From NCBI GenBank assembly GCA_964619975.1, contig CAZUIY010000327.1, positions 1,706 through 65,705 of the forward strand: DNA of 64,000 bases, written 5' to 3'. Positions 52,572 to 61,857 of the stretch are shown in pieces. Origin of the DNA: an uncultured Gemmatimonadales bacterium. Lineage in GTDB: Bacteria > Gemmatimonadota > Gemmatimonadetes > JACCXV01 > JAHWKZ01. A program made the translations under genes and the position numbers. Each line of letters opens with the position of its first letter. The first letter of the stretch is position 1. The notes beneath the pieces are model-generated. The model saw only the letters and a list, made by a program, of their open reading frames with translations, searched no databases and was not told where the DNA came from.

Positions 52572-54730
52572 GCGAACAGCCTCCGTTGTGAGCCGAGGCG
52601 CTTCTTCGCGATGGCGCAATACTCGGGCGACAGCTCGATCAAGGCCGCGCGGCGCAGCAGGCTCTCGGCAACAACGCCCGTAGTGCCGCTGCCGCCGAAC
52701 GGGTCGAGCACGGTGCAGGGGATCGGGTCGCCGGCATCACACGCGCAGGACGGCGACCAGCCGGTGGTGCTCGGCGGTGCGTAAGAGTTCCACTCCTTCT
52801 GTCCGCCGCCCAAGTTCCGGCGCTCGCCGCCGTCCGGTCGTCCGTTGTTGCGTGCCGCCTTTGTGTAAGCGTCTCCTTTACCGCTCTCCACCTCCCGCAC
52901 CCACGGCGCGCCGCACGCCGGGCAGCAACCGCGTTCGCTCGTGCCGGCCTTGATGCACGGCTCGACAAGGCGCGTCGGGAAGGTGTTCCCGGTGATGAAG
53001 ATTCGGCCGTTGCGCCGTGCCAGCCATGTGCCGAGAGGCAGCTTCGGGCACCACACGATCCCGCTGTACCTTTCAACCGCGGGCGGCGCCCCGGCTCCGG
53101 CAGTCCCGCGGAACGACCGTGTCTTGTGCTTGGTCAGGTAGCACGTCCATAGATCGCCAGGAGCCATCCGTGGGCTGACGCACGCGGCAAGGCCGCACCT
53201 GACAGCCAAGGCTTGAAACATGTCGATCTGGTCGGCGCCCCTCTGTACGAAACAGGCCCGACCGTCTTGCCGAGTGTGACCGTCTCCGTGAATCAGCCCA
53301 CGCAAAAGCGCTTCGCACCTATCGTGCGACCACATGAGTGCGCTGACCGGGATGCGCTTCTTTGGTGCCAATTCACGGAGCCGCATGGCTCCGTAGCCAG
53401 CGACGCGATATGCATTCTGGACTGACGGGCGATCTTTCCACAGGCGTTCGGCTTGCGCCCGTGTCCACTCGACTCCGGTCTGCCGCAACAGTTCTTCGAT
53501 TCGTCGGCAGTGTGTCGGGTTGGCAGATTCGGACTGGTAGATTTCGACCGCGAGGGACGACTTGTTCTCGTATCCTTCTGCTATGTACCAGCCAAGCAAT
53601 TCAGCCCACTCCAGCGGCAAGGACGAGTCGCCGCAAGGCTCCCACTCGGCTACCACCGGCACCCCGTGACTGGCCTTCAGTTCGTCGGCACGCACGACCA
53701 CAGGCTTCTGATACTCGCGCGTCTTGTTGTGGCGAAGCTGAACGACGCACCTGTGGTTCGGCGTCAGAACCATTCGAAGGTCGCGGTTGCGTGCAACAAC
53801 CATTTCTTGGTCGGTCACGCTGTATCTGGCCACGTCCTCGACCGCGCCCCACGAGAGGCGCTGCGAGTCAATATCGAACTGCGCGGCAAGCGAGCCAGGC
53901 TTGATCTCGTCGTGTCGCTTCCAGCCTTCCGATGTAAGACACTCCGTGTCGGCATCGACGCACGCGAAGTGCGCGTCGGGGAACGGCTCGGACGGGATGG
54001 TCCACACGTCGCGGAGGTTGCGGCCGGTTGCTTCGGCCAGCGATTGGGCCGAGTGTCGATCCCCTCCAATCCGGCCCTTTGGCCCCGGCCATCGGTCTAG
54101 CCTGCCGGCGCCATCCTCCCGCACAGCCTCCGCGTCGAAGTAGTAGCGAGGCGCTTTCGCTAGCAGGAACAGGTACTCGTGCGCCTTCGTCGGCCGGTCG
54201 CGGACGGACTCCGGCATCGGTGATGGCTTGTGCCAGATGATGTCGCTGCGCAGGTACCAGCCAGCGGCACGCAGGGCGAAGGCGACCATCCACGGCTGTC
54301 CGATGAGGTCCTTTGACTTCAATCCGCCAACAACCGTGTTCATCTTTTGCGCGTGCCCTGACTTGAGAGTTTCGCGGTATTTTCCGTTGCTCCCATTGGC
54401 TCCATTCAGGCCGCTTGTTCGACCAACCCCCTCGACATTGCCCGGCGGCGAACTGGCGTAGCTGTCCCCCAGATTCAGCCACAGCGTGCCGTCGTCGCGC
54501 AGCACGCGGCGCACCTCATCAAACACCGCAACCAACCGCGCGACCCATTCGTCTACGGTCTCCTCCAGACCAATCTGCCCGTCCACGCCGTAGTCTCGCA
54601 GCCCCCAATACGGCGGCGACGTGACGACGCAGTGAACCGACGCGGCCGGCATCGCGCGCAGCACGTCGATGCAGTCGCCGTTGAAAATGCGCAGGCCATC
54701 CCGCTCGTAGTAGGGTGTCGGCAGGCTCAC
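52568..54730 (-). CDS. Beta-class N4/N6 DNA methyltransferase interrupted by an intein (720 aa precursor; about 394 aa after splicing)
   Basis: GTG 54730 in a GTGA overlap after GGAGGTGGGG. Motif IV TSPPYW near the N-terminus and motif I DPFGGSGTTG near the C-terminus. The conserved H-x-A-x-FP block is split as HFA / TFPTRL. Confidence 0.8.
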   Translation of the reverse strand: MSLPTPYYERDGLRIFNGDCIDVLRAMPAASVHCVVTSPPYWGLRDYGVDGQIGLEETVDEWVARLVAVFDEVRRVLRDDGTLWLNLGDSYASSPPGNVEGVGRTSGLNGANGSNGKYRETLKSGHAQKMNTVVGGLKSKDLIGQPWMVAFALRAAGWYLRSDIIWHKPSPMPESVRDRPTKAHEYLFLLAKAPRYYFDAEAVREDGAGRLDRWPGPKGRIGGDRHSAQSLAEATGRNLRDVWTIPSEPFPDAHFACVDADTECLTSEGWKRHDEIKPGSLAAQFDIDSQRLSWGAVEDVARYSVTDQEMVVARNRDLRMVLTPNHRCVVQLRHNKTREYQKPVVVRADELKASHGVPVVAEWEPCGDSSLPLEWAELLGWYIAEGYENKSSLAVEIYQSESANPTHCRRIEELLRQTGVEWTRAQAERLWKDRPSVQNAYRVAGYGAMRLRELAPKKRIPVSALMWSHDRCEALLRGLIHGDGHTRQDGRACFVQRGADQIDMFQALAVRCGLAACVSPRMAPGDLWTCYLTKHKTRSFRGTAGAGAPPAVERYSGIVWCPKLPLGTWLARRNGRIFITGNTFPTRLVEPCIKAGTSERGCCPACGAPWVREVESGKGDAYTKAARNNGRPDGGERRNLGGGQKEWNSYAPPSTTGWSPSCACDAGDPIPCTVLDPFGGSGTTGVVAESLLRRAALIELSPEYCAIAKKRLGSQRRLFA
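52985..53962 (-). mobile_element. Intein (326 aa) with LAGLIDADG homing-endonuclease domain
   Basis: Begins with Cys (CVDADTECLTSEGW). Block-B-like LTPNH. Two LAGLIDADG-type motifs (LLGWYIAEGY, LLRGLIHGDG). Ends ...RIFITGN followed by Thr(+1). Removal restores the HFA-TFPTRLVEPCI methyltransferase motif. Confidence 0.75.
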
Positions 54731-55299
54731 GTCCCCACCTCCCCCGGCTCCACGCGCTCGGCCGCCGGGCGCTCCGTCCCGCAGTCGGGCGTCTCGCGGT
54801 GCAGGCGGTACGTGCCGGATACGCCGTCGTCCTCGATCAGGCGCCGGACGCACTCGGCGATGCGCGCCACATCAACGGCAATCGCCCCCCAGCCAACAGG
54901 CCCGCCGAGGTCGATGGCCTCCAGCCCGCATCGCACCGCGTACTGCACGGCGTCAAGCAGTTCCTCGTAGCAGTCCCGCGCAGCGTCGCGCCCGTCGTGC
55001 GTGTGCAGCGGCTGCCCGTACCGCTCACGGCCGACGCGATCACGCTCGGCCACGTCATCGGCAAGGCTGTTGAGGTTGATGTCGTCCAGCAACTGCATGA
55101 CGGCGGGCGTCACCGGCTGGCTGCGGGCGGTGTTGACGGGGGTTGGTTGGCTGGCAATCGGCTTGGCGTCCAGCGCATCCAGCGCAGCATCCAATGTAGC
55201 GATCAGATCGGCTGCCAGTCCGGGCGGCGCCAGCATCATGATGTGCGGCGCTAGTTCGCGCGTGGCTTGGATCACGGCTTCGCGTTGGTCAGTCATCAT
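54727..55299 (-). CDS. Hypothetical protein (190 aa)
   Basis: ORF track. Confidence 0.65.
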   Translation of the reverse strand: MMTDQREAVIQATRELAPHIMMLAPPGLAADLIATLDAALDALDAKPIASQPTPVNTARSQPVTPAVMQLLDDINLNSLADDVAERDRVGRERYGQPLHTHDGRDAARDCYEELLDAVQYAVRCGLEAIDLGGPVGWGAIAVDVARIAECVRRLIEDDGVSGTYRLHRETPDCGTERPAAERVEPGEVGT

Positions 55300-55555
55300 C
55301 GCTCCCCTCGTATTGCTGGCACCCCTGATGCTCGAACGTCAGCAGCCCGCAGCGATGTGACGCCGGATTCCAGCAGACGCCCCAATCCGCCCCGCGCCGG
55401 CCTTCCAACGTGTGGAAGAATCGGCAGCCGGTCGAGCAGTCCGGGTACGCCTGATCGCCGTGCTCCCAGCGGGTCACATCGCCCCACGGGTCGTAGTCGC
55501 CGGGCAGTTTCTTGCAGGCCGCCCATAGCTGGTCGTGTGTCGCTTCGGCGGTCAT
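55289..55555 (-). CDS. Small Cys-rich protein (88 aa)
   Basis: Start MTAEATHDQLW at 55555 in an ATGA overlap. Confidence 0.6.
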   Translation of the reverse strand: MTAEATHDQLWAACKKLPGDYDPWGDVTRWEHGDQAYPDCSTGCRFFHTLEGRRGADWGVCWNPASHRCGLLTFEHQGCQQYEGSDDD

Positions 55556-56016
55556 GCGCGTGCTCCTTCGGTCACCTTCGGCTGCGCCCATTCGCGACCG
55601 GGCTCTTTGATCGGCAACACCTCGACAATCACGCCCGGCGCCTCGCCCTGCGCGCCGGTCACCTTCTCCACGGTCAGCACCGCGATCTGGCTGTCGTCCA
55701 TCCACAGCACGCCCGTCCCGGCGTCCTTGACGCATTTCGCGATGTTGTCGGCGTCGGGTCGCTTCGTGTGCCATTCGCGCGGTCGCGGCTCGCGCTTGCG
55801 ATACCGGCTCTTTGGCATCGTGAAGATCGCCGTGATGGTCACCGCCAGCGGGCCATCGAGAACCGCACCGTTAGCGCGCTGCGCCAGCATGTGCTGCTGC
55901 GCGGTCGCCTTCCAGTTGCGCGACTTGGCCGGGTCGTACACGCGGGCGCGTCCGTTGACCGTCGTGGCCTTCGGTCGCCCTTGCGCGACTGGTTCGCCGG
56001 GTATCTCGATCTTCAC
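55552..56016 (-). CDS. rusA: RusA-family Holliday junction resolvase (154 aa)
   Basis: GTG 56016 after AGGAG. GEPVAQGRPK...KRPDADNIAKCVKDAGTGVLWMDDSQI. Confidence 0.7.
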   Translation of the reverse strand: MKIEIPGEPVAQGRPKATTVNGRARVYDPAKSRNWKATAQQHMLAQRANGAVLDGPLAVTITAIFTMPKSRYRKREPRPREWHTKRPDADNIAKCVKDAGTGVLWMDDSQIAVLTVEKVTGAQGEAPGVIVEVLPIKEPGREWAQPKVTEGARA

Positions 56017-56169
56017 GGTCGCTCCTGTGCAGCCTGCGACGCCGCGCGCAACGCGGCATCCTGTCTCTCGGCGGGGCCTGTCCTGCTTGTGATAGGCCGG
56101 CGGGGCCTCGAACCCCTGCCGCGAGCCACCCCCGAGGCTCACGGCTGCCCTGTGCTACCGGCCTGGTGC

Positions 56170-57114
56170 TCAGTCGTCGGACCCACCGTCGGGCGCATCC
56201 ACCCGCGACAGCTCGAGCGCCAGCCGATCGCGCACGGCCTCGTACTTGTCGGTGGACAGGTCGATCAGGCTTTGCGCGCCGGTCTGCTCGCGGAAGTCCT
56301 CGACGATCAGGTTTTTCGGCCACCCGGCGGCGACAAGCTTGTCGGCAAGGTCGCGGATGTCGGTCGCCACGCCGCTGTGGCGCCGGAGTCCAGTGAGCCA
56401 GTGCCCCTCGCGCTCGGCAGGCGGCGCCTCCGGTTGCGCAGGCGTGTCTGCGGCCGGCGCGGCAGCCGTCGCCAGAGACGATTCCAGCCGCTGCTGCAAC
56501 GCCTGCGCGGAACCGGCCTGCGTCACCTCAACGTGACGAACCGCGTGCATGTCGTCAACCTCGTCGGTCGTGTGGATGCCCAGCGACAGCTCCGGGCAAT
56601 AGACCCGCTGCCAGAACGCCGCCGCGCGGTAGCGCAGCATCTGCTCGGGCATCGTCAGCCACTTGCTGCCGCTCTTGGTGCTCCATCCCTCCGCCTTCGC
56701 CATCTGCATGGTGATGAGCGTTCCCTCGCACTCCGTGTCCGTTTCCAGGCACGTCGCGTAGGCGCGGCACCCCCATTCCGGCGATCCGCGTTCGCCCTCG
56801 AAGCGGAAGCGGAGGGGCGTGAACCGCTTGCTGGCGTTGACGGTCGCGATCAGGAACGTGGCCCGCCACGACGGCCGGCCGTGGATGATGTCGAGGTTCT
56901 GCATCACCGCGAACGGGGACGCGCCGATCCGCTGCGCCACGTCAATCGCGATCATCACGTTGTCGACGTTGCCCTGATACTCCTTCGGCACCAGCGTCGA
57001 GTTGGCGAGGCTCTTGACCATGCCGGCCATCGGCAGCGAGTCCTTGATGGTCAGCGGGGCCTTCGTTGCCTCGCCGTTCTTCGGCGTGGCGAGCGTGGTT
57101 GCAGTCTCAGTCAT
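56170..57114 (-). CDS. recT: RecT-family single-strand annealing protein (314 aa)
   Basis: ORF track. VPKEYQGNVDNVMIAIDVAQRIGASPFAVMQNLDIIHGRPSW...SKWLTMPEQMLRYRAAAFWQRVYCPE. Confidence 0.75.
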   Translation of the reverse strand: MTETATTLATPKNGEATKAPLTIKDSLPMAGMVKSLANSTLVPKEYQGNVDNVMIAIDVAQRIGASPFAVMQNLDIIHGRPSWRATFLIATVNASKRFTPLRFRFEGERGSPEWGCRAYATCLETDTECEGTLITMQMAKAEGWSTKSGSKWLTMPEQMLRYRAAAFWQRVYCPELSLGIHTTDEVDDMHAVRHVEVTQAGSAQALQQRLESSLATAAAPAADTPAQPEAPPAEREGHWLTGLRRHSGVATDIRDLADKLVAAGWPKNLIVEDFREQTGAQSLIDLSTDKYEAVRDRLALELSRVDAPDGGSDD

Positions 57115-57628
57115 GATTGCCTCCGCTGGTCTTTTCCGTAGCCACAGGTCGTTTCAAAAGGGCCGTATCCGGCTCACGCTGTTCCACCGCCGCAAGCGCA
57201 AATTCGGCATCTGCAATGATCGAGAACAGGTCGACATCGGGAGCCTTCAGCTGCCAGTCGCACAGCTTCCGGCATACCGCGTATAGATGGGGCGCGTTGA
57301 CGATCAGCGGCCGGTTGCGCTGATTGACGCTCTCGCAAATCAGGTCGCCGCCGTACTCCTCGCGAGATCGTTCTTCGTCCACGAATGATTCGGGCGCGAC
57401 GATTGATCCGTATGAGACTTTTCCGATGTGAACGGGCTGTCCGGGGGATGTGTCCACCCACGGGGCGGGCGTGAAGTCCGCCCGGCGCTGAAGGTTCCGT
57501 GCGCGCTGCAAGAGAAGCGATGCCGCGTTCCCGTATCCCGCGCTCATGTCGCTGTCAGTGGCGTCTTTCTCGGCTTGCAGAAGCCACTCTGCTGCCCGGA
57601 TCATCAGTTCCGCGTCCGTGCCGGTCAT
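57107..57628 (-). CDS. Hypothetical protein (173 aa) between the exonuclease and RecT genes
   Basis: Start MTGTDAELMI at 57628 in an ATGA overlap. Confidence 0.6.
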   Translation of the reverse strand: MTGTDAELMIRAAEWLLQAEKDATDSDMSAGYGNAASLLLQRARNLQRRADFTPAPWVDTSPGQPVHIGKVSYGSIVAPESFVDEERSREEYGGDLICESVNQRNRPLIVNAPHLYAVCRKLCDWQLKAPDVDLFSIIADAEFALAAVEQREPDTALLKRPVATEKTSGGNHD

Positions 57629-58455
57629 CGCTTCCTCCGTGGCAGGTACAGGGTTTGAATCTCGCTGGGGTAGCCGGGCCACTCGCCCGTCTCCACGCAC
57701 TCGGCAATCCGCAGCATCGCGGCCCGTCGTTCGTCGCGGGCCTCGTCGATGGCCGACTCGTCAATCTGGTAGACCGCCACGGCGTACGGCGGTTCCTTCT
57801 CGACGGCGGCAAAGATGAAGTCGCAACGCTCCCCGACCGCCTCCGCGCCGGCCGTGTAGTGCGCGACTTGCAGGTCGTATCCGTAGTCGCGGCACGACCA
57901 CGCGAAGCGTCCGGCGTCGGCAACCTGCGTCGTCTTGACATCCACCATCAGGTTCATGCCGCCCCGCGCCCACCAGTCCGGCCGGCACTTGCAGGGCAGG
58001 CCCGTCTCCGGGTCGATCCACTCGACGGTTGCCTCAGCGACGTACTCGGCGGCCAGTAGCCGCCCGATCAGCGGATGCTCATGCAGGCTCTTGACGATCC
58101 CGGCAACGTGGAGAAAGTCCTCACCGCTGATCGGCTCGCGGCCGTTCGCCTGCGCCTTCCACGCGCGGTAGCGGTCCCGCTCGGCCTTGCGGCGGCGGTC
58201 GCCCCACGCGGGCTCGATCACGTACTGCTCGCGGAAGCGGTCGAACTCCAGCACGGCCGCGTGAACGGCGCGACCGAATGCCAATGCGGGCGACTCGTCG
58301 GCGGGTCGATCTGGCGTCTCGACCCATGCGCGGTAGTGCGCTGGCGTCCGCCGCATGGCCTTGAGAGCGCCAGTGGTGACGGTGCCCAGCTCGCGGCGGT
58401 GGTATTCCTCCGGCGGCACATCGAGCCGCACGCGGGCCTCGGAAAGCGTGTCCAT
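57625..58455 (-). CDS. PD-(D/E)XK exonuclease, RecE/exonuclease VIII-like (276 aa)
   Basis: Start MDTLSEARVR at 58455. CRPDWW...MVDVKTT motif. Paired with RecT. Confidence 0.6.
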   Translation of the reverse strand: MDTLSEARVRLDVPPEEYHRRELGTVTTGALKAMRRTPAHYRAWVETPDRPADESPALAFGRAVHAAVLEFDRFREQYVIEPAWGDRRRKAERDRYRAWKAQANGREPISGEDFLHVAGIVKSLHEHPLIGRLLAAEYVAEATVEWIDPETGLPCKCRPDWWARGGMNLMVDVKTTQVADAGRFAWSCRDYGYDLQVAHYTAGAEAVGERCDFIFAAVEKEPPYAVAVYQIDESAIDEARDERRAAMLRIAECVETGEWPGYPSEIQTLYLPRRKR

Positions 58456-58712
58456 CACAGCGCCCTCCGTTCCGTCGCGACCACCGGCGGCAACGTCTGC
58501 TGGTGGACCGACCAGATGGCGTCGGCCAGTTCGTGGCGCCCCTCGTCCTGCGCGGCGCACATCGCAGCGAGCAGCATGTCGGACACGCGATCGCGCTTTG
58601 GCGGGAGGATTGTGGTTGTCGAAATGCGCGGGCGGCCCTTCGGCGGATCGTCGTCCGGGTGATAGGCACCGTCGGGCCGCTCGGATTCGAGGATGTGCGG
58701 GCGGTTCGTCAT
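58455..58712 (-). CDS. Small protein (85 aa)
   Basis: ORF track. Confidence 0.55.
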   Translation of the reverse strand: MTNRPHILESERPDGAYHPDDDPPKGRPRISTTTILPPKRDRVSDMLLAAMCAAQDEGRHELADAIWSVHQQTLPPVVATERRAL

Positions 58713-58966
58713 CGCGCCACCTCCCGCGCCCGCCGCACCCGATCCAGCGGCACGCTCGGCTGTTGCAGCGGGATCACCCGGCGGTGTACGTCGGCCAACT
58801 CATCCGCGGTCAGCGTCTCGACCACGCGCAGGCTCGCGTGCGCCGGCAGGTGACTGCGCCCGTTACGCGCCGACTGGATGGCAGCGGCTGGCGACTCGCC
58901 GGGGAACCAGCCCGCGTGGTAGGCGATCCCGCTGTGCTGGGCGACGATGCGGTGGTAGAGGGTCAC
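58709..58966 (-). CDS. Small protein (85 aa)
   Basis: GTG 58966 in a GTGA overlap (VTLYHRIVAQH). Confidence 0.55.
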   Translation of the reverse strand: MTLYHRIVAQHSGIAYHAGWFPGESPAAAIQSARNGRSHLPAHASLRVVETLTADELADVHRRVIPLQQPSVPLDRVRRAREVAR

Positions 58967-59208
58967 GGCGCCACCTTCTTTCGCTTCGGCTTCTGGCGCT
59001 CGGCGCACGTCTCGCATTCACTGGCGAACGACTCGTCGGCCTTGAACGCCACAACGGTCATGCGCTCGACGGCCAGCCCGTCGCGGATCATCTGCCCGCA
59101 GAACTTGGCGACGTTCTTCGCGTTCTTCGGGTCGTCGATGATGACGGCGCGGATGTGCCCGCACGTTGCGCGTCCGACGTAGCAGTGGGTTGGTTTGGTG
59201 GTGGTCAC
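58963..59208 (-). CDS. Small Cys-containing protein (81 aa)
   Basis: GTG 59208 in a GTGA overlap. Confidence 0.55.
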   Translation of the reverse strand: MTTTKPTHCYVGRATCGHIRAVIIDDPKNAKNVAKFCGQMIRDGLAVERMTVVAFKADESFASECETCAERQKPKRKKVAP

Positions 59209-59609
59209 GGCGCCACCTCCCGCTGCTGGTCGGCCGGGCGTGCCATCTCGACGGCCGCGCGAAGGTCATCGATAAGAACGGTTGCGGCCACCCCATCGCG
59301 CGTCATCACGACGTTCACACCGGCCAGCAACCGCTGTGCGGCGGCATACAGCTTGCCGAGGCAGTCGGCCTCAAGGGCTTCCATGGGCACGCCAGCGCAG
59401 GCGTTGACGCACGCGACGATACGGCGGGCAAACTTGTCCTGATCGCCAGGCCACAATGCCGGCCAGAACGGACCGCCGCCGGTGTCCGTGCCCATGCAGA
59501 TGGTGGTCAGTGGCCTTGGCGTCGAACTGGTGACAGCCACCGTGTAAGGTCGTCGTCCCAAAGCCATCACTGACCACGGTTCGCAATAGTTCGGCGTGAT
59601 CTCACCCAC
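59205..59609 (-). CDS. Hypothetical protein (134 aa)
   Basis: ORF track. Confidence 0.6.
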   Translation of the reverse strand: MGEITPNYCEPWSVMALGRRPYTVAVTSSTPRPLTTICMGTDTGGGPFWPALWPGDQDKFARRIVACVNACAGVPMEALEADCLGKLYAAAQRLLAGVNVVMTRDGVAATVLIDDLRAAVEMARPADQQREVAP

Positions 59610-59811
59610 GGGCCACCTCGCTTTCGTCGTTGCTCTCGCCGTCCGCCCGCGCCACCAGCGCCGGCAACTCGCGCTGCAACCGCTCGACGGCCGGCCAGTC
59701 CTCGCGGTTCACCGCGTCGTGGATCGCCTGCGTGAGCGGGTCGCGCTCGCGGCGTGTGCGGGTGCGCGGCTCGTCGCTGCGCGGGGTCAGGGGGTCGGTG
59801 TGGTGGGTCAC
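59602..59811 (-). CDS. Small protein (69 aa)
   Basis: GTG 59811 in a GTGA overlap. Confidence 0.5.
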   Translation of the reverse strand: MTHHTDPLTPRSDEPRTRTRRERDPLTQAIHDAVNREDWPAVERLQRELPALVARADGESNDESEVARG

Positions 59812-60266
59812 GATGCACCTCCCTTCCCGGCGACGAGGTCGCGGAACGACGAGCCCCACATCTTCGACGGGCGGTAGCCCAGCGCCTTCGCCAGCCCAGC
59901 CAGCGCTTCAAGTGCGGTGTCCCCGAAGCCGACAGGCGACTCCGCGATGTTGATGAAGTCCGCCGTGTGCGCTAACAGCGCCGACTCGTCGCGCTTGATG
60001 CTTACGCCGATATGCTTGGCGTAGATGCGCGCATCGTCGTCGTCGCACTTCCACAGCGCCGCCAACTGGCGTACGCGGCCGGGATTCGCGCCAGCCGCCA
60101 GCGCCTCAACCAGAAGCGACCACGCGCTTTCACGGTCGGTGGTGTCTATCGACCAGAGCGCCTTCGCGAGATCACTCTCACGGATGTCCGCCGCCGTGCC
60201 CGGTAGGTCTCGCTTGAATATCAAGTCACCGTTGATGTGGAGGTAGTACCAGCCGTGGGTGGTCAT
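59808..60266 (-). CDS. Hypothetical protein (152 aa)
   Basis: ORF track. Confidence 0.65.
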   Translation of the reverse strand: MTTHGWYYLHINGDLIFKRDLPGTAADIRESDLAKALWSIDTTDRESAWSLLVEALAAGANPGRVRQLAALWKCDDDDARIYAKHIGVSIKRDESALLAHTADFINIAESPVGFGDTALEALAGLAKALGYRPSKMWGSSFRDLVAGKGGAS

Positions 60267-60625
60267 CGCCCCACCTCCCGCCGCCGCTCACTCGCGGCTT
60301 CCTCGATCTGCGCGGCCACGTTCGCCAGCCGCAGATGCGGCCCGCACGCCATCTGCCACACGTCATTCGCGGCGTCCGCGACCGTCTCCCACTCGTCGGC
60401 CGTCAGCAGCCGCGTGGAGCCGAGAGCAAGCGTGCGCAGCACGTCGGTGATCGCCCGTTGCAGCGCGAGGCCCAGGTCGGCGAGGCCGCCGTCGACGGTG
60501 TTGAGCAGTTCATCGTGGCAGCGCTGGGCGCACTCGTCGTGCCAGCGGCCGGAGGGGCGCAGCTGGTCGAGGAGGCCGTCGTCCGGGTGGCGGGGGGCGT
60601 GGTGGGCGGTGTGGAGGGTGGTCAC
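60263..60625 (-). CDS. Hypothetical protein (120 aa)
   Basis: ORF track. Confidence 0.6.
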   Translation of the reverse strand: MTTLHTAHHAPRHPDDGLLDQLRPSGRWHDECAQRCHDELLNTVDGGLADLGLALQRAITDVLRTLALGSTRLLTADEWETVADAANDVWQMACGPHLRLANVAAQIEEAASERRREVGR

Positions 60626-60888
60626 GATGCACCGCCTTTCGCGTCACGGGCGGCGATCATCGCGTCGGCGATGCGATACGACGCTTGGGCGATCTCCGAG
60701 GCGACGGCGCCCTCCTCGACCCCCTTCGAGGCGAGTCCAGCCAGCGCCTGACCGGCGAACCAGTCGCGGAGGCTCATACCGCCGCCGTCTTCCATGTCGC
60801 AGGAAAACGTCACCCCCTCGTTGTGGCCGTCCGCCACAGCTTGCGGGAACGCGGGTCCGCCGTCGTTGATGGGTGTGCGATCAGCCAC
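60622..60888 (-). CDS. Conserved phage protein of unknown function (88 aa; GGPAFP...GMSLRDWFAGQAL motif)
   Basis: ORF track. The motif is recalled from many phage genomes. Confidence 0.6.
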   Translation of the reverse strand: MADRTPINDGGPAFPQAVADGHNEGVTFSCDMEDGGGMSLRDWFAGQALAGLASKGVEEGAVASEIAQASYRIADAMIAARDAKGGAS

Positions 60889-61384
60889 GGCTCACCTCCC
60901 GGCCGGTGGCCCTGGCGATGGCGGCTTGAAGCTCGTCGCACACCGCATCGAGTTCGTGGAACGACACCAGAAAGTGATCTGCCATCGCGTACATCAGGTC
61001 GGGTTCGGCCTGGTCCACCTGCAGGATCACCAGCGGCTTGCGGGCGCCGACGAAGTAACCCGCCTCCAGGTGCGCCGAGCGTCCGCAAGGCATCACCATC
61101 ACGCACGCATCCGCCCACTTCATCGCGTCGAGGTCGGAATCAAACCCCGCCCGCGCCACGGGGTGACTCAACGCTTTGCGATGCTGCGCAGGCGTCCAGT
61201 CCTGCCAGTCAGCGTCGATTTCCCGCCACGAAAACCCGTTGTCGCCCTCCCGCGGGTTGCGGAAGTCGTACACATCGAATCCCGCTTGCCGCAGCGTCTG
61301 CACTACGTGCGGCTGGTATTCGTTGCGCCAACTCGATGCGACATAGATGCGCCCCTTGCCCTCGTGTGTCGCGTCTGCCATCAT
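60881..61384 (-). CDS. Nucleoside 2-deoxyribosyltransferase-like protein (167 aa)
   Basis: RIYVASSW...GRSAHLEAGYFVGARKPLVIL pattern. Assignment from memory only. Confidence 0.4.
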   Translation of the reverse strand: MMADATHEGKGRIYVASSWRNEYQPHVVQTLRQAGFDVYDFRNPREGDNGFSWREIDADWQDWTPAQHRKALSHPVARAGFDSDLDAMKWADACVMVMPCGRSAHLEAGYFVGARKPLVILQVDQAEPDLMYAMADHFLVSFHELDAVCDELQAAIARATGREVSRG

Positions 61385-61500
61385 GATCTCCGGTTACGGT
61401 TCGCTTGCTCGTGTTCGCTGCTCGTGCTCGACCCGGCCCGGTGATGCTTCGCGGCGCACCGGGCCGTGGTTCGTTTCACGACATGGTCAGTGACTCCGGG

Positions 61501-61854
61501 TCAGGGGGTTGCGTGATAGCGGTGGATCGGCAGCCCACGCTTGCGGGCCTCCTCGATCATGTTGGCGGTGCCGCGGCTCTCGCCGTCCCACACAGCGATC
61601 AGCGCGTCCGCGTACTCGGCCATTTCGCGGTTGCGCATCGGGCCAGCAGCGCGTCCGTGTGTGCGCCAGTCGGCCGGGAACCGCGTGATGGCGATGCCTC
61701 GTTCTGCGGCCCACGCCTCGGCCAGCGTGTCCACACCGCGCGCACCACCGCTCACGACTTCGGCGATGCTGCCGCGCCAGCCGGATGCCTTGATGGCGGC
61801 CTCGACGGTGGCGAGGTTGGTGATGGTGCGTGAGCCGGCGATGATGACGCGCAT
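61501..61854 (-). CDS. SLOG/DUF2493-like protein (117 aa)
   Basis: MRVIIAGSR...VVSGGARGVDTLAEAWA...PADW...AGPMRNREM...GESRGTANMI. Confidence 0.65.
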   Translation of the reverse strand: MRVIIAGSRTITNLATVEAAIKASGWRGSIAEVVSGGARGVDTLAEAWAAERGIAITRFPADWRTHGRAAGPMRNREMAEYADALIAVWDGESRGTANMIEEARKRGLPIHRYHATP

Positions 61855-61857
61855 GGG

